The notes: generated from the sequence alone by a model not told the origin. 64,000 bases of DNA from Candidatus Hadarchaeales archaeon (GCA_038851755.1 JAWCKR010000004.1:1-64000), one strand, 5' to 3'; counted from the stretch's first letter, positions 46,553-55,868 are shown. Made by a program: numbers and translations.

Positions 46553-47757
46553 GTGACGGCCAGGCCGTGTTTCCTGGCTATGTCGAGGAAGCCCTCCGCC
46601 ACGAGCTTGACCTCCTCCCACTTCAGGCCGTAGGTGTTGAGCTTGAAGTGCCTGGTTAGGCCAGGCTGTATGCCCACGATACCCCTTTCCCTCAGCTCCT
46701 CGTAAAGGAAGAAGCCCCTCCTGCGGTGCTCCTTGGAAACCTTGTAGAAGCCCTCCGACTGCACCTGAACCAGCGTGTGTCTCTTGGGCCTTTCCCCCAG
46801 CTGCCTGGTACCCTCTATCCTTTCCAGCTCCCCCACGAGGTACCGGGTCTTCCTTACCTCCTCCTCCCACCCCTTCACCCTTTCCACCACGTGCGGGAAG
46901 GAAGCCATCAGGGTGGCCAGGGGGGCGCCCATCACCGTGCACCCCAGCAGGGCCACCTCCTTTTCCGGGAAGGACCGACCGCTCACGTCCCCCCTCATCC
47001 CGGACCTGCGGAGGATCCTCTCCGCCACCCCTCCCCCCAGGGCCATGATCCCGGTGGGGGCGCTGGCGGCCCAGCTCTTGTGCCCGCTGCTCACCAGCAC
47101 GTCTGCCCCCAGCTTCTCTCCGTCCACCGGCATCACCCCTGCGGTGTAGGCGGCGTTCAGCAGGAAGGGTACCCCCTGCTCCCTGCACAGCTTTCCCACC
47201 TCCTCCGCCGGGGCCAGGTTTCCGTAAAAGGAGTCAACGTGGGTGAGGAGAACCACGGCGGGTGGTTTTCCCGTTTCCTTCTTCACCCTCTCCATCACCT
47301 CCGCGTAGGCCTCTGGCGTGATCCTGAACTCCGGTGGGCCGGAGTGGGGGACCTCCCTCACCTTCACGCGGGCGAGCTCCGCGGCCAGGTAGGTGGAGTA
47401 GTGGGCCAGGCTGTCCACCACCACGCAGTCCCCGGGCGAGGCCAGGGAGGAAAAAGCGATGAACTTCCCCTCCCTGCACCTGGTCACCACCCTGGCCACC
47501 TCCAGGTGCAGGAACTCCGCCAGGTCCTCCAAGAAGTCGGCTACGGGGGGCCTCTTTATCTGGTCCAGTCTGGGGGTCTTGGGGGGGCACCAGTCGCACA
47601 CCGAGTACCCGTCACCGAACTCCAGGAGGGCCCTCCTCGCCTCCGGGGTGAGGATTCCTCCCCTCTGGATGGGGTTCAGGTTGATGATCCCCTCCCTCCC
47701 GAACTCCCTTTCCAGTTCCCTGTAGCGGGAGAGGCGCCCGGGGGTGAGCTCTCCCAT
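46549..47757 (-). CDS. pscS: Sep-tRNA:Cys-tRNA synthase (SepCysS)
   Basis: INLNPIQRGG, DGYSVCD.C, SGHKS, LLGCT, GIQPGLT. Confidence 0.95.
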   Translation of the reverse strand: MGELTPGRLSRYRELEREFGREGIINLNPIQRGGILTPEARRALLEFGDGYSVCDWCPPKTPRLDQIKRPPVADFLEDLAEFLHLEVARVVTRCREGKFIAFSSLASPGDCVVVDSLAHYSTYLAAELARVKVREVPHSGPPEFRITPEAYAEVMERVKKETGKPPAVVLLTHVDSFYGNLAPAEEVGKLCREQGVPFLLNAAYTAGVMPVDGEKLGADVLVSSGHKSWAASAPTGIMALGGGVAERILRRSGMRGDVSGRSFPEKEVALLGCTVMGAPLATLMASFPHVVERVKGWEEEVRKTRYLVGELERIEGTRQLGERPKRHTLVQVQSEGFYKVSKEHRRRGFFLYEELRERGIVGIQPGLTRHFKLNTYGLKWEEVKLVAEGFLDIARKHGLAVT

Positions 47758-47802
47758 CCCCCTACTCGGGAGGGGGAGATATTTTAACCCGGGGGAGGAG
47801 CT

Positions 47803-48213
47803 TTGGTGATGAAGAGGAAGATCCTCCTCAGGTACCCTGCCGAGATGGCGGAGGAGCCCATCTTCGCCTCCGTCCTTCTGGAGACGGGCATCCCGGCGAA
47901 CATCCTCTACTCCAGCATAGGGGCGAGGGGAGGGGAGATCCTCATAGGGGTGGATGCACCCCCGGAGCAGGTGGAGCGGATGATGGCCCTCTTCAGGAGG
48001 AAGGGGGTGGAGGCGGTGGAGGTGAGGAGGGCGATCAAGGTGGAGAGGGAGAGGTGCTTCGACTGCGGTGCCTGTATCTCCCTCTGCCCCACGCAGGCCC
48101 TCAGGCTGGCGGAGGACTACTCGCTGCAGGTGGAGGAGGAGAAGTGCGTGTGCTGCGAGGTGTGCGTCCCCGCCTGTCCGGTCAGGGCCATCACGGTGAG
48201 GAGCTTCGAATGA
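47803..48213 (+). CDS. NIL-domain plus 2x[4Fe-4S] ferredoxin (MA1822-like)
   Basis: P..ANIL, CFDCGACISLCP, CVCCEVCVPACP. Confidence 0.88.
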   Translation: MVMKRKILLRYPAEMAEEPIFASVLLETGIPANILYSSIGARGGEILIGVDAPPEQVERMMALFRRKGVEAVEVRRAIKVERERCFDCGACISLCPTQALRLAEDYSLQVEEEKCVCCEVCVPACPVRAITVRSFE

Positions 48214-48992
48214 TCTCCCTGAGGTGGTCTTACAGGGAGACCCACCTCCTGATCAGGGCGGACGACCGCGAGGTGGCCAGGGCCGCCGTGCGCTCCGCCT
48301 TCAGGGCCAGGAGGGAGGTGGAGAGGTTCCTCCTGGCGCATCCGGAGTTCAGGTATTCCCTGGAGCCCCTCTCCTTTCCGGGGGAGGAACTGCCCAGGAC
48401 GGTGGAGCTCATGGTGCGGGCGGGTGAGGTCGCGGGCGTGGGACCCTTCGCCTCGGTGGCGGGCGCCATCGCCCAGAGGGCCCTGGAGGGGGCCAGGGAG
48501 GCCGGTGGGGTCAACGTGGTGGTGGAGAACGGGGGGGACATAGCCCTGGACGGCAGGAGGGAGTTCTCGGTGGGCATCTTCGCTGGAGGCCATCCCCTCT
48601 CGGGGAGGATAGCCCTAGTGCTCACTCCCAGGGAGCTTCCGGCGGGTGTGTGCACGAGCTCCGGAACGGTGGGGCCCTCCCTCAGTTTCGGCTGGGCGGA
48701 GGCCGTGACGGTGGTCTCGGACGAGGCCTCCCTTTCCGACGCGGCCGCCACCTCCATCTCCAACGAGGTGAGGGGGGAGGCCGAGGAGGCCGTGGGGAGG
48801 GGGCTTGACAGGGCGAGGGAGATCCCGGGGGTGAGGGGTTGCCTGATCCTTTACGGTGGGAAGGTGGGGGCGGTGGGGAGGCTCCCCCGTCTCTGCTTGG
48901 TGGAGGGAAAGGAATTGCGTCGACCCTCTCCCTGGCCTTCTCCCCTAGAGGAGTGGTTCGAGGGCGGTAAGGTTAAATCCGGAAGGAAGTAA
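48210..48992 (+). CDS. UPF0280 / ApbE-like protein (COG2122)
   Basis: VGPFASVAGAIA, VENGGDI, GVCTSSGTVGPSLSFG.A.AVTV, DAAAT; ATGA overlap with the upstream gene. Confidence 0.88.
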   Translation: MISLRWSYRETHLLIRADDREVARAAVRSAFRARREVERFLLAHPEFRYSLEPLSFPGEELPRTVELMVRAGEVAGVGPFASVAGAIAQRALEGAREAGGVNVVVENGGDIALDGRREFSVGIFAGGHPLSGRIALVLTPRELPAGVCTSSGTVGPSLSFGWAEAVTVVSDEASLSDAAATSISNEVRGEAEEAVGRGLDRAREIPGVRGCLILYGGKVGAVGRLPRLCLVEGKELRRPSPWPSPLEEWFEGGKVKSGRK

Positions 48993-48999
48993 AGCGGGT

Positions 49000-49896
49000 G
49001 TGAACGCCGTGGTTCCGAGCGGTTCCGGTCTGAACCCTTACGTGAGGCATAAGATCAGGCAGATGCTCGCCGAGGACCTGAGCTTCGGGGATCTCACCAC
49101 CGAGGCGCTGGTGGACCCAAAGCTGGTGGTGAGGGCGAGGATCGTGTGCAAGGAAAGGGGAGTGCTGGCCGGGGTTCAGGAGGCCAGGATGGCTTTCGAG
49201 GAGATGGGCGTGAAGACGCTCGGGTCTAAGGAGGATGGGGAGGAGCTGAAGCCCGGGGACGTGGTGATGGAGGTGGAGGGACCCGCGCAGGGGGTCCTGA
49301 AGGCGGAGAGGATTTCCCTGAACCTCCTCATGCGGATGAGCGGTGTGGCCACCGCGGCCAGAAGAATGGTGGAGAAGGCCAGGGAGGTGGCGCCAAAGGT
49401 GAGGGTGGCGGCCACCCGCAAGACCCTGCCCCTCCTGACCTACTTCGACAAGAGGGCCGTGGTGGTGGGTGGGGGGGATCCCCACCGGTGGAGGCTTGAC
49501 GACGGGGTGCTGGTGAAGAAGGACCACCTAGAACTGGTGGATTCGATAGAGAAGGCGGTGAAAAGGGTCAGGGAGGCTGTGAGCTTCACCAAGAAGGTGG
49601 AGGTGGAGGTGACCACGGCGGAGCAGGCGCTGGAGGCAGCAAGGGCGGGTGCGGATATCGTGATGCTGGACAACGTTTTACCCTCCGAAGCGAGGAGGGC
49701 GGTGGAGGAGCTGAAGAGGGCAGGGCTCAGGGAGAGGGTGATCGTGGAGGTTTCCGGGGGGATTACCCCCGATAACCTGCAGGAGTACGCCAGGACGGGG
49801 GTGGATGTGGTCTCCTCCAGCTACATGACCTTCAGGGCCCTGGCCGTGGACATGAGCCTGGAGGTGGAGAAGGTAGGCACCCGCCGCCATCGATAA
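49000..49896 (+). CDS. nadC: Quinolinate phosphoribosyltransferase
   Basis: ED...GDLTT, ER..LN, SG.AT, TRKT.P, HR..L, EVEV, MLDN, SGGI. Confidence 0.94.
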   Translation: MNAVVPSGSGLNPYVRHKIRQMLAEDLSFGDLTTEALVDPKLVVRARIVCKERGVLAGVQEARMAFEEMGVKTLGSKEDGEELKPGDVVMEVEGPAQGVLKAERISLNLLMRMSGVATAARRMVEKAREVAPKVRVAATRKTLPLLTYFDKRAVVVGGGDPHRWRLDDGVLVKKDHLELVDSIEKAVKRVREAVSFTKKVEVEVTTAEQALEAARAGADIVMLDNVLPSEARRAVEELKRAGLRERVIVEVSGGITPDNLQEYARTGVDVVSSSYMTFRALAVDMSLEVEKVGTRRHR

Positions 49897-49936
49897 GTTA
49901 AAAAGGCGGGGAAGACCATCCTCGGAGGGTGAAAGC

Positions 49937-50152
49937 TTGGAGGGACTGTCAGGAAACGCCCAGAAGGTATACGAGGCGCTCAAGAAGCTCGGCGCCACCT
50001 CCCAGAACACCCTGAAGACGGCGGACGACGTGATGAGGGCGGCGAAGCTCCCCAAGGGAATGGTGAACAATTCCCTGATAGAGCTCGTCAACAAGGGTTA
50101 CGCCAAGAGGGTGGCCAGGGAGAAGGCGGCCGGCTACTACCTGGTGAAGTAA
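49937..50152 (+). CDS. Small basic winged-helix protein
   Basis: 71 aa; KVYEALKK..TADDV..KGMVNNSL.ELV.KGY; GGAGGGTGA RBS; T-rich tract downstream. Confidence 0.7.
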   Translation: MEGLSGNAQKVYEALKKLGATSQNTLKTADDVMRAAKLPKGMVNNSLIELVNKGYAKRVAREKAAGYYLVK

Positions 50153-50186
50153 GGGTTAAGCTTCTCGGGCCCCTTTTCTTTTCGGG

Positions 50187-51293
50187 ATGAGGACCGGGAC
50201 AGCGGAGCTTCCCCTCCATGGGGGGCGTTGTCCCCCCTGGCTCTTCGGAAGGATGAGAAGGCTGGGAGGGGCGGTCGTCAGGGTCATCGTGGAGGAGTTC
50301 GGGAAGAAGGAGCTGCTGAGGAGGATGGGGGATCCCTTCTTCTTCCAGTCCCTGGGCTGCGCCCTGGGTTACGACTGGCACTCGAGCGGTCTCAGCACCG
50401 TCACGCTGGGGGCCCTGAAGGAGGGTGTGGATCCCAGGGAGGTCGGCCTGGCCTTTTGCGGGGGGAAGGGGAGGGCCTCCAGGAAGACGCCCGAGGAGAT
50501 CCTGAGGTGGGGGGAGCTCTTCTCCCTCTCCTCCTCCAGAGTAGGTGAGCTCCAGCACGCCAGCAGGATGGCGGCCAAGGTGGACAACGCCTGCGTGCAG
50601 GACGGCTACCAGCTCTACCACCACAGCTTCATCCTCACGGAGGACGGGGACTGGGCGGTGGTCCAGCAGGGGATGAGGGAGAGGTGGGCCCGCAGGTACC
50701 ACTGGGTGTCGGAGGGGGTGAGGAGCTTCGTGGAGGAGCCCCACTCTGGAATAGCGGGGGAAAGGAAGGAGGAGATGGTCCTGGACATGACGGCGAGGGA
50801 GAGCGAGGGGGCGAGGAGGGAGAGCGTGGAGCTGGCGAAGCGGGACCCTCAGGACCTCCTCGCCCTGAGCAGGGAGGCGGAACAGACCTCCCTCGACGAG
50901 TACCTGGGTCTTCCACCCAAGGCCAGGCTCCTCATGCCGGGGGAGCACGGGATTTCGAGGCTGACCAAGGAGACCCTTTCAGTGCTGAGGAGGGTCAGGG
51001 AGGTGGACCCCAAGGACTACGAGGAGCTGGTGGCCATCAGGGGGGTGGGGCCGAAGACCGTCAGGGCCCTGGCCCTCCTCTCCGCCCTGATCTATGGCAG
51101 GCCCCCTTCCTGGAGGGACCCCGTGAGGTACTCCTTCACGGTGGGTGGAAAGGATGGGGTGCCCTATCCCGTGGACAGGAAGCACTACGATGAGGTGGTG
51201 GAGTTCCTCCAGCTAACCCTGGAAGAGGCGAAGGTGGAGAGGGAGGAAAGATTGAAGGCCCTCCGGAGGCTGGCCAGGCTTGCGGGGGGTTAA
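50187..51293 (+). CDS. DUF763-family protein
   Basis: LPLHGG..P.WL, DWHSSG, AKVDN...QDGY.LYHH, GVGPKTVRAL, GGKDGVP.PVD. Confidence 0.88.
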   Translation: MRTGTAELPLHGGRCPPWLFGRMRRLGGAVVRVIVEEFGKKELLRRMGDPFFFQSLGCALGYDWHSSGLSTVTLGALKEGVDPREVGLAFCGGKGRASRKTPEEILRWGELFSLSSSRVGELQHASRMAAKVDNACVQDGYQLYHHSFILTEDGDWAVVQQGMRERWARRYHWVSEGVRSFVEEPHSGIAGERKEEMVLDMTARESEGARRESVELAKRDPQDLLALSREAEQTSLDEYLGLPPKARLLMPGEHGISRLTKETLSVLRRVREVDPKDYEELVAIRGVGPKTVRALALLSALIYGRPPSWRDPVRYSFTVGGKDGVPYPVDRKHYDEVVEFLQLTLEEAKVEREERLKALRRLARLAGG

Positions 51294-51327
51294 CGGATTT
51301 ATCCCAAGAGGTCCAAGAGAAAACGGT

Positions 51328-51418
51328 CCCGCGGTAGCTCAGCCTGGTTAGAGCGGCCGGCTGTAGACCCAGGGCCGTTACCGGCATGTCGGGAGTTCAA
51401 ATCTCCCCCGCGGGACCA
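51328..51418 (+). tRNA. tRNA-Tyr(GTA) with a 13-nt intron at 37/38 (51367-51379); CCA encoded
   Basis: Acceptor stem CCCGCGG/CCGCGGG (C1:G72, A73), anticodon stem GCCGG/CCGGC, T-arm GGGAG-TTCAAAT-CTCCC. Confidence 0.93.
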
Positions 51419-51430
51419 CCCCGTCTCGGC

Positions 51431-52528
51431 CTACTCAGCGGTCCTTTCCAGGAGGGCCACACATTCCACGTGCTTGGTCTGGGCGAAGAGGTCTAGGGGC
51501 CGCGCCCTTTCGAGGTTGAAACCCCTCAGCCTGGCCAGGTCCCTCCCGAGGGTCGTGGGATTGCAGGAGACGTACACGATTCTCCTCGGAGGTGAGCGGT
51601 TGATGGCTTCTATGACCCTTTCCGAGCATCCCTGCCTGGGAGGGTCGAGGAGGAGGACGTCCAGGCCCTCCATCGGGAGGACCTCCTCCACCCTCCTCCT
51701 CACGAACCTCACGTTGGGGAGCCCCCGGAGGTTGTGGAGGGCGTCCTTTTCGGCGGAGGGTGAGGCCTCCACCGCCAAGACCTCCGAGGCCAGGTCGGAG
51801 AGGAGGGAGGCGAAGGTCCCCACCCCGGCGTAGGCATCCAGGATCCTGTCCGCGCTCCCTATCCACTCCCTCACCGTCCTCACCATCTCCTCCGCGCCCT
51901 CCGTGTTGGTCTGGAAGAAGGAAGAGGCGGAGATCCTGAACCTCCTGTCCAGCAGGACCTCGTGGTAGAAGGGCTGTCCCGTGGGCAGGTCCTGCAGGAA
52001 AAGGTTGGGCTGGATGAGGTACTCCCCCGTCCTTACCCCCACCCTGAGGGAGACCATGGTGCTGAAGCACCTCCCCTGCACCCGGGGGAGCAGCTCGTTT
52101 ACCTGGGAGGTCATGAGGAGGCAGCGGTCCACCCTCACGAATTCCCCGGTGAGCTTGTTCAGGAAGCCCACCTCCCCCCTCCTCGCGGTCAGCCTGGCAT
52201 GGTTCCGGTAGCCCAGCTCACCTCCGCTGAGGGGGGGCTCCACCCTCCTCCCCAGCGCCCTCTCCACCTTCTCCCTTTTGAACTCCAGCTGCTTGTCGTA
52301 CCTGAGGTGCTGGAGCTGGCACCCCGCGCAGCGGGGAAAGAGGGGGCAGGGGGGCTCCCTTCTGTCGGGGGAGGGAGAGAGGACTTCCCTGACCACCGCC
52401 ACGCCTTCCCCCAGGAGCTCGGCCTCCACCTCCTCTCCCGGGAGGGCGTGAAGCACCCTCACCGTTCTTCCCCCCCACTCGGCCAGCCCCTCTCCCCCCT
52501 CCCCCATCCCCTTGATCAGGAGTCTCAT
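51431..52528 (-). CDS. RlmD/TrmA-family RNA m5U methyltransferase with Fe-S motif
   Basis: C..F..C.GCQ.QH, YRN, SFFQ.N, DAYAGVG, DPPR.G, YVSCNP.TL.RD, DLF.QT.HVE. Confidence 0.9.
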   Translation of the reverse strand: MRLLIKGMGEGGEGLAEWGGRTVRVLHALPGEEVEAELLGEGVAVVREVLSPSPDRREPPCPLFPRCAGCQLQHLRYDKQLEFKREKVERALGRRVEPPLSGGELGYRNHARLTARRGEVGFLNKLTGEFVRVDRCLLMTSQVNELLPRVQGRCFSTMVSLRVGVRTGEYLIQPNLFLQDLPTGQPFYHEVLLDRRFRISASSFFQTNTEGAEEMVRTVREWIGSADRILDAYAGVGTFASLLSDLASEVLAVEASPSAEKDALHNLRGLPNVRFVRRRVEEVLPMEGLDVLLLDPPRQGCSERVIEAINRSPPRRIVYVSCNPTTLGRDLARLRGFNLERARPLDLFAQTKHVECVALLERTAE

Positions 52529-52598
52529 CAACACCGGTGTTTTCCCTGGTTTTTGAGGCTAGGGGAGCGTAATAAGGTGGGCGGTCCAAGATAGGGGA

Positions 52599-52850
52599 AT
52601 GGAAGTGGTGGTGAGGTGCGGGATCTGTGGCGAGGTGCTGTTCAGGGGTTCCCAGCTCTCCTGGCTTCAGGAGCTGCCCGAGGAGGTAAGGAAGCAGCTC
52701 TCGGAGGCGCTGGGGCTCCTCAGGGAGGTCAGCTGGCAGGACCCCTCCTTCGCCAGGGAGGTGGTCCTCTTCTCCATCGCCCTCCACCACCTCAGCTCCG
52801 CCCACCCCGACAAGCTGAGGGAGCTGGTGAGGGTGGAGATGGAGCCGTAG
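52599..52850 (+). CDS. Hypothetical small protein with an N-terminal CxxC
   Basis: ORF with host-like codon usage that fills the gap before the 5S gene. Confidence 0.55.
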   Translation: MEVVVRCGICGEVLFRGSQLSWLQELPEEVRKQLSEALGLLREVSWQDPSFAREVVLFSIALHHLSSAHPDKLRELVRVEMEP

Positions 52851-52891
52851 CCCCTCGTAAGGTTAAATAACTCTTTCTCCCCCTGTTTGCT

Positions 52892-53016
52892 TGGTTGGCG
52901 GCCATAGCGGCGGGGAAACACCCGGTCTCGTTCGATCCCGGAAGTTAAGCCCGCCAGCGATCTGGACTGTACTGTCCTGCGGAAGCGGACGGGAACTCCA
53001 GGACGCCGCCAACCAC
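52892..53016 (+). rRNA. rrf: 5S rRNA (stand-alone)
   Basis: GGCGGCCATAGCGGCGGGGAAACACCCGG...CCGGAAGTTAAGCCCGCC; terminal helix TGGTTGGCGGC/GCCGCCAACCA; TTAAATA box about 28 nt upstream, T-tract downstream. Confidence 0.93.
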
Positions 53017-53052
53017 TTCTGCTTTTTAAAGTCTCGGGGGGGAGGGGATGGT

Positions 53053-53775
53053 GTGAGGGAACCCATCGTGATGGAGGGGCTGACGAAGCGCTACGGTGGC
53101 TTCCTCGCCCTGGACGGTCTTTCCCTCAGGGTGGGAAGGAACGAGAAGGTGGCCCTGCTGGGACCCAACGGTGCCGGAAAGACCACCGCCCTGAAGCTCC
53201 TCTGCGGGCTCCTGCGGCCCTCGGGTGGGAGGGCCTGGCTGGCGGGCTTCGACGTGGTGGGGGAGAGGGAGGAGGCGGTTGCCAGGGCAGGGATCATGGT
53301 GGAGACCCCCGAGTTCTATCCTTTCCTCACCCCCGAGGAGACCCTCCGGTACCTGGGCCTCCTTCGAGGCATGGGGGGCAGCAGGCTGGAGGAGAGGATG
53401 GGGGAGGTGCTGGAGCTCGTGGGCCTGGGGGAGTGGAGGAGGACCAGGATAGGGAGCTTCTCCAGGGGGATGAAGCAGCGTCTGGCCCTGGCCCAGGCCC
53501 TCCTGCACGATCCTCCCATCCTCCTCCTGGACGAGCCCTCCTCCGGGCTTGACCCCAGGGGCATGCTGGAGTTCAGGCGGATTCTGGAGAGGGTGGGAAG
53601 GAGGAAGACCGTGCTCCTGGCCTCTCACCTCCTCACCGAGGTCTCCCACCTCTGCCGCAGGGTAGCGGTCCTCAACCAGGGGAGGCTGGTGACCTACCAG
53701 CCCCTCTCTTCCCTGAAGAGGAAGTACGGGTCCCTGGAAAGGGCGTACCTCAGGCTCACGGGGGGAGCGGTGTGA
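53053..53775 (+). CDS. ABC transporter ATP-binding protein
   Basis: GPNGAGKT, FSRGMKQR, LLDEP, SH. Confidence 0.93.
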   Translation: MREPIVMEGLTKRYGGFLALDGLSLRVGRNEKVALLGPNGAGKTTALKLLCGLLRPSGGRAWLAGFDVVGEREEAVARAGIMVETPEFYPFLTPEETLRYLGLLRGMGGSRLEERMGEVLELVGLGEWRRTRIGSFSRGMKQRLALAQALLHDPPILLLDEPSSGLDPRGMLEFRRILERVGRRKTVLLASHLLTEVSHLCRRVAVLNQGRLVTYQPLSSLKRKYGSLERAYLRLTGGAV

Positions 53776-54605
53776 GGGAGCTGGACAGGCTGTGGGTGGT
53801 GGTGAAGTACGAGTTCCTGAAGCAGTACCGCAGGAGGAGGTTCTACGGGGCGATGATCGTGGTGGTGCTGGCGGTGGTCCTCTCGGCCGCCATGTGCGAG
53901 GGCTGGAACCTCCTGGGAAGGATGGGGATTCCCTCCTGGTTGCTGGAGGAGAAGGGTGCCGAGCTCTTCGCGATATGGGTTTCCTCCATGAGCGCCTTCG
54001 CCCTCCTCGCCGCCGTCTTCTTCTCCGGCGATGCCCTGGCCTCCGAGTTCGAGCGCGGGACGGGTTACCTCCTCTTCCCCAATCCCGTGGGGAGGGGCAC
54101 GCTGGTGCTGGGGAAGTACCTTGCCTGCCTCCTCGCCACCGTCCTGGTCCTGGGGACGGGCTTTTTCCTCTCCGCTCTCCTCACGCTGGCGTTCTACGGG
54201 AGGGTGCCGCTGGGAATGGCGGGCTCCTTCGGCGTGACCCTGGCCATAGCGGTCTTCGTGAACGGCATGGCCTTCGCCTTCAGCTCTTCCCTGAAAGGGG
54301 GAACGGGCGCGACGGTGGCCACCCTCCTCACCTACATGGTGCTCTTCTCCACCGTTTCGACCGGTCTGAGCTACGCGGGGCACGAGCCCTGGTTCATGCC
54401 GGACCGGGCGAGCGATGCCATGGCCTCCACCTACGGCGTCTCCTTCGAGGAGGCCTTCGGGGGGATGATGGGCGGGGGCCAGGCGATGGGCAGGATGGTG
54501 AGGGCGAGCGAGGATCCCGTGGTGGCCTCCCTCCTCCTCACGGGATACGGGCTGGGCCTCCTGGGCTTCAGCGTCTGGAGGTTCAGGAGGAGGGAGATGG
54601 CCTGA
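53772..54605 (+). CDS. ABC-2 type permease
   Basis: About 6 TM; EFERGTG..L..PV.R....GK; coupled to the ATPase gene. Confidence 0.88.
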   Translation: MRELDRLWVVVKYEFLKQYRRRRFYGAMIVVVLAVVLSAAMCEGWNLLGRMGIPSWLLEEKGAELFAIWVSSMSAFALLAAVFFSGDALASEFERGTGYLLFPNPVGRGTLVLGKYLACLLATVLVLGTGFFLSALLTLAFYGRVPLGMAGSFGVTLAIAVFVNGMAFAFSSSLKGGTGATVATLLTYMVLFSTVSTGLSYAGHEPWFMPDRASDAMASTYGVSFEEAFGGMMGGGQAMGRMVRASEDPVVASLLLTGYGLGLLGFSVWRFRRREMA

Positions 54606-54653
54606 CCCGGGCGGGAAAATTCCTTTAACTGCGTGGGGGGAAGGAAGTTTGGC

Positions 54654-54759
54654 GCCCTGGTGGTGTAGCCCGGTCTAATCGGGGGCGAGGAGTTCCCGAG
54701 ACCAAACATACAGGCCTGTCGAGCCTGTGCCCCGGGTTCAAATCCCGGCCAGGGCGCCA
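54654..54759 (+). tRNA. tRNA-Asp(GTC) with a 28-nt D-loop intron (about position 21/22; 54678-54705); CCA encoded
   Basis: Acceptor stem GCCCTGG/CCAGGGC with G73; anticodon arm CAGGC-CTGTCGA-GCCTG; removing the intron restores D-stem GTGT/ACAT. Confidence 0.9.
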
Positions 54760-54790
54760 CCGCTTATACCCCTCCTTCCGAGTAGGGTGG

Positions 54791-55819
54791 ATGGAGCCCC
54801 TCCCCACCGTGAGAAGGGCCCTCCTCTGGGAAAAACTGGAAGGGGGCAGGGTGAGGTGCGGTCTGTGTGAGAGGAGGTGCGAGGTGGAGGAGGGGAAGGA
54901 GGGCTTCTGCGGGACCAGGAGGAATGTGGGGGGAGAGCTCAGGACCCTGGTGTACGGCGATGTTTCCTCCCTCTCCGCCAACCCCATAGAGAAGAAACCC
55001 TTCTACCACTTCTGGCCGGGATCCCTGGCCCTGACGGTGGGGACCTGGGGTTGCAACTTCACCTGCGGGTGGTGCCAGAACTGGACCCTCTCCAAGACCA
55101 GGCCCAGGCCGGAGAGGGCGAACTACCTGAGCCCCACCGAGTTCGTGAGGCTCACCCTCAGGGAGGGTTGCCATGGAACCTCCCTCTCCTTCAACGAGCC
55201 CACCCTCCTCTTCGAGTGGGCTCTCGAGGTCTTTCCCCTCGCCCGGAGGGAAAAGCTGTACAACACCTTCGTGAGCAACGGGTACATGACGGAGGAGGCC
55301 CTGAGGGCCCTCGCGGAGGCCGGTCTGGACGCCATCAACATAGACGTGAAGGGGGACGGGGAGGTCGTGAGGAGGTGCTGCGGGGCCGATGTGGAGAAGG
55401 TCTGGAGGAACGTGGCCCTGGCCAAGCGGCTGGGGCTGCATGTGGAGGTGGTGAATCTGGTCATCCCCGGGGTGAACGACCGGGAGGATCAGCTGCTCTC
55501 CCTGGTCCGCCGCCACCTCAGGGAGGCAGGACCGGAGACCCCCTTGCACTTCACCGCCTACTATCCCTCCTTCAGGTTCACCGCCCCGCCCACTCCCCTC
55601 TCCACGTTGGAGAGGGCGCACGACCTGGCCGTGGGGGAGGGCGTGGAGTTCGTCTACCTGGGCAACGTTCCGGGGCACCGGTACGAGAACACCTACTGCC
55701 CCTCCTGCGGGGAGCTCCTGCTCAGGCGCTTCGGTCTTTCCCTGGAGGAGTGCAGGCTGGAGGGGAGAAGGTGTCCGAGGTGCGGGAGGGAGATACCACT
55801 GATCGGGGAGCTGCCCTGA
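54791..55819 (+). CDS. amrS: AmmeMemoRadiSam system radical SAM enzyme
   Basis: C.LC.R.C, PIEKKP.YHF.PG, GCNFTCGWCQN, SFNEP, VYLGN, T.CP.C. Confidence 0.9.
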   Translation: MEPLPTVRRALLWEKLEGGRVRCGLCERRCEVEEGKEGFCGTRRNVGGELRTLVYGDVSSLSANPIEKKPFYHFWPGSLALTVGTWGCNFTCGWCQNWTLSKTRPRPERANYLSPTEFVRLTLREGCHGTSLSFNEPTLLFEWALEVFPLARREKLYNTFVSNGYMTEEALRALAEAGLDAINIDVKGDGEVVRRCCGADVEKVWRNVALAKRLGLHVEVVNLVIPGVNDREDQLLSLVRRHLREAGPETPLHFTAYYPSFRFTAPPTPLSTLERAHDLAVGEGVEFVYLGNVPGHRYENTYCPSCGELLLRRFGLSLEECRLEGRRCPRCGREIPLIGELP

Positions 55820-55868
55820 CCCCAACTTTTTTGGAGGAAGAGAGGGATAAAGAAGAAAGGGGAAGGGC

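Noticed and set aside
52891-53052. N-terminal extension of the ABC ATPase ORF
   Set aside because: Overlaps the 5S rRNA gene; the likely start is GTG 53053.
51328-54759. Integrated element between the two tRNAs
   Set aside because: No integrase and no duplicated tRNA 3' end seen; the interval contains the 5S rRNA gene.
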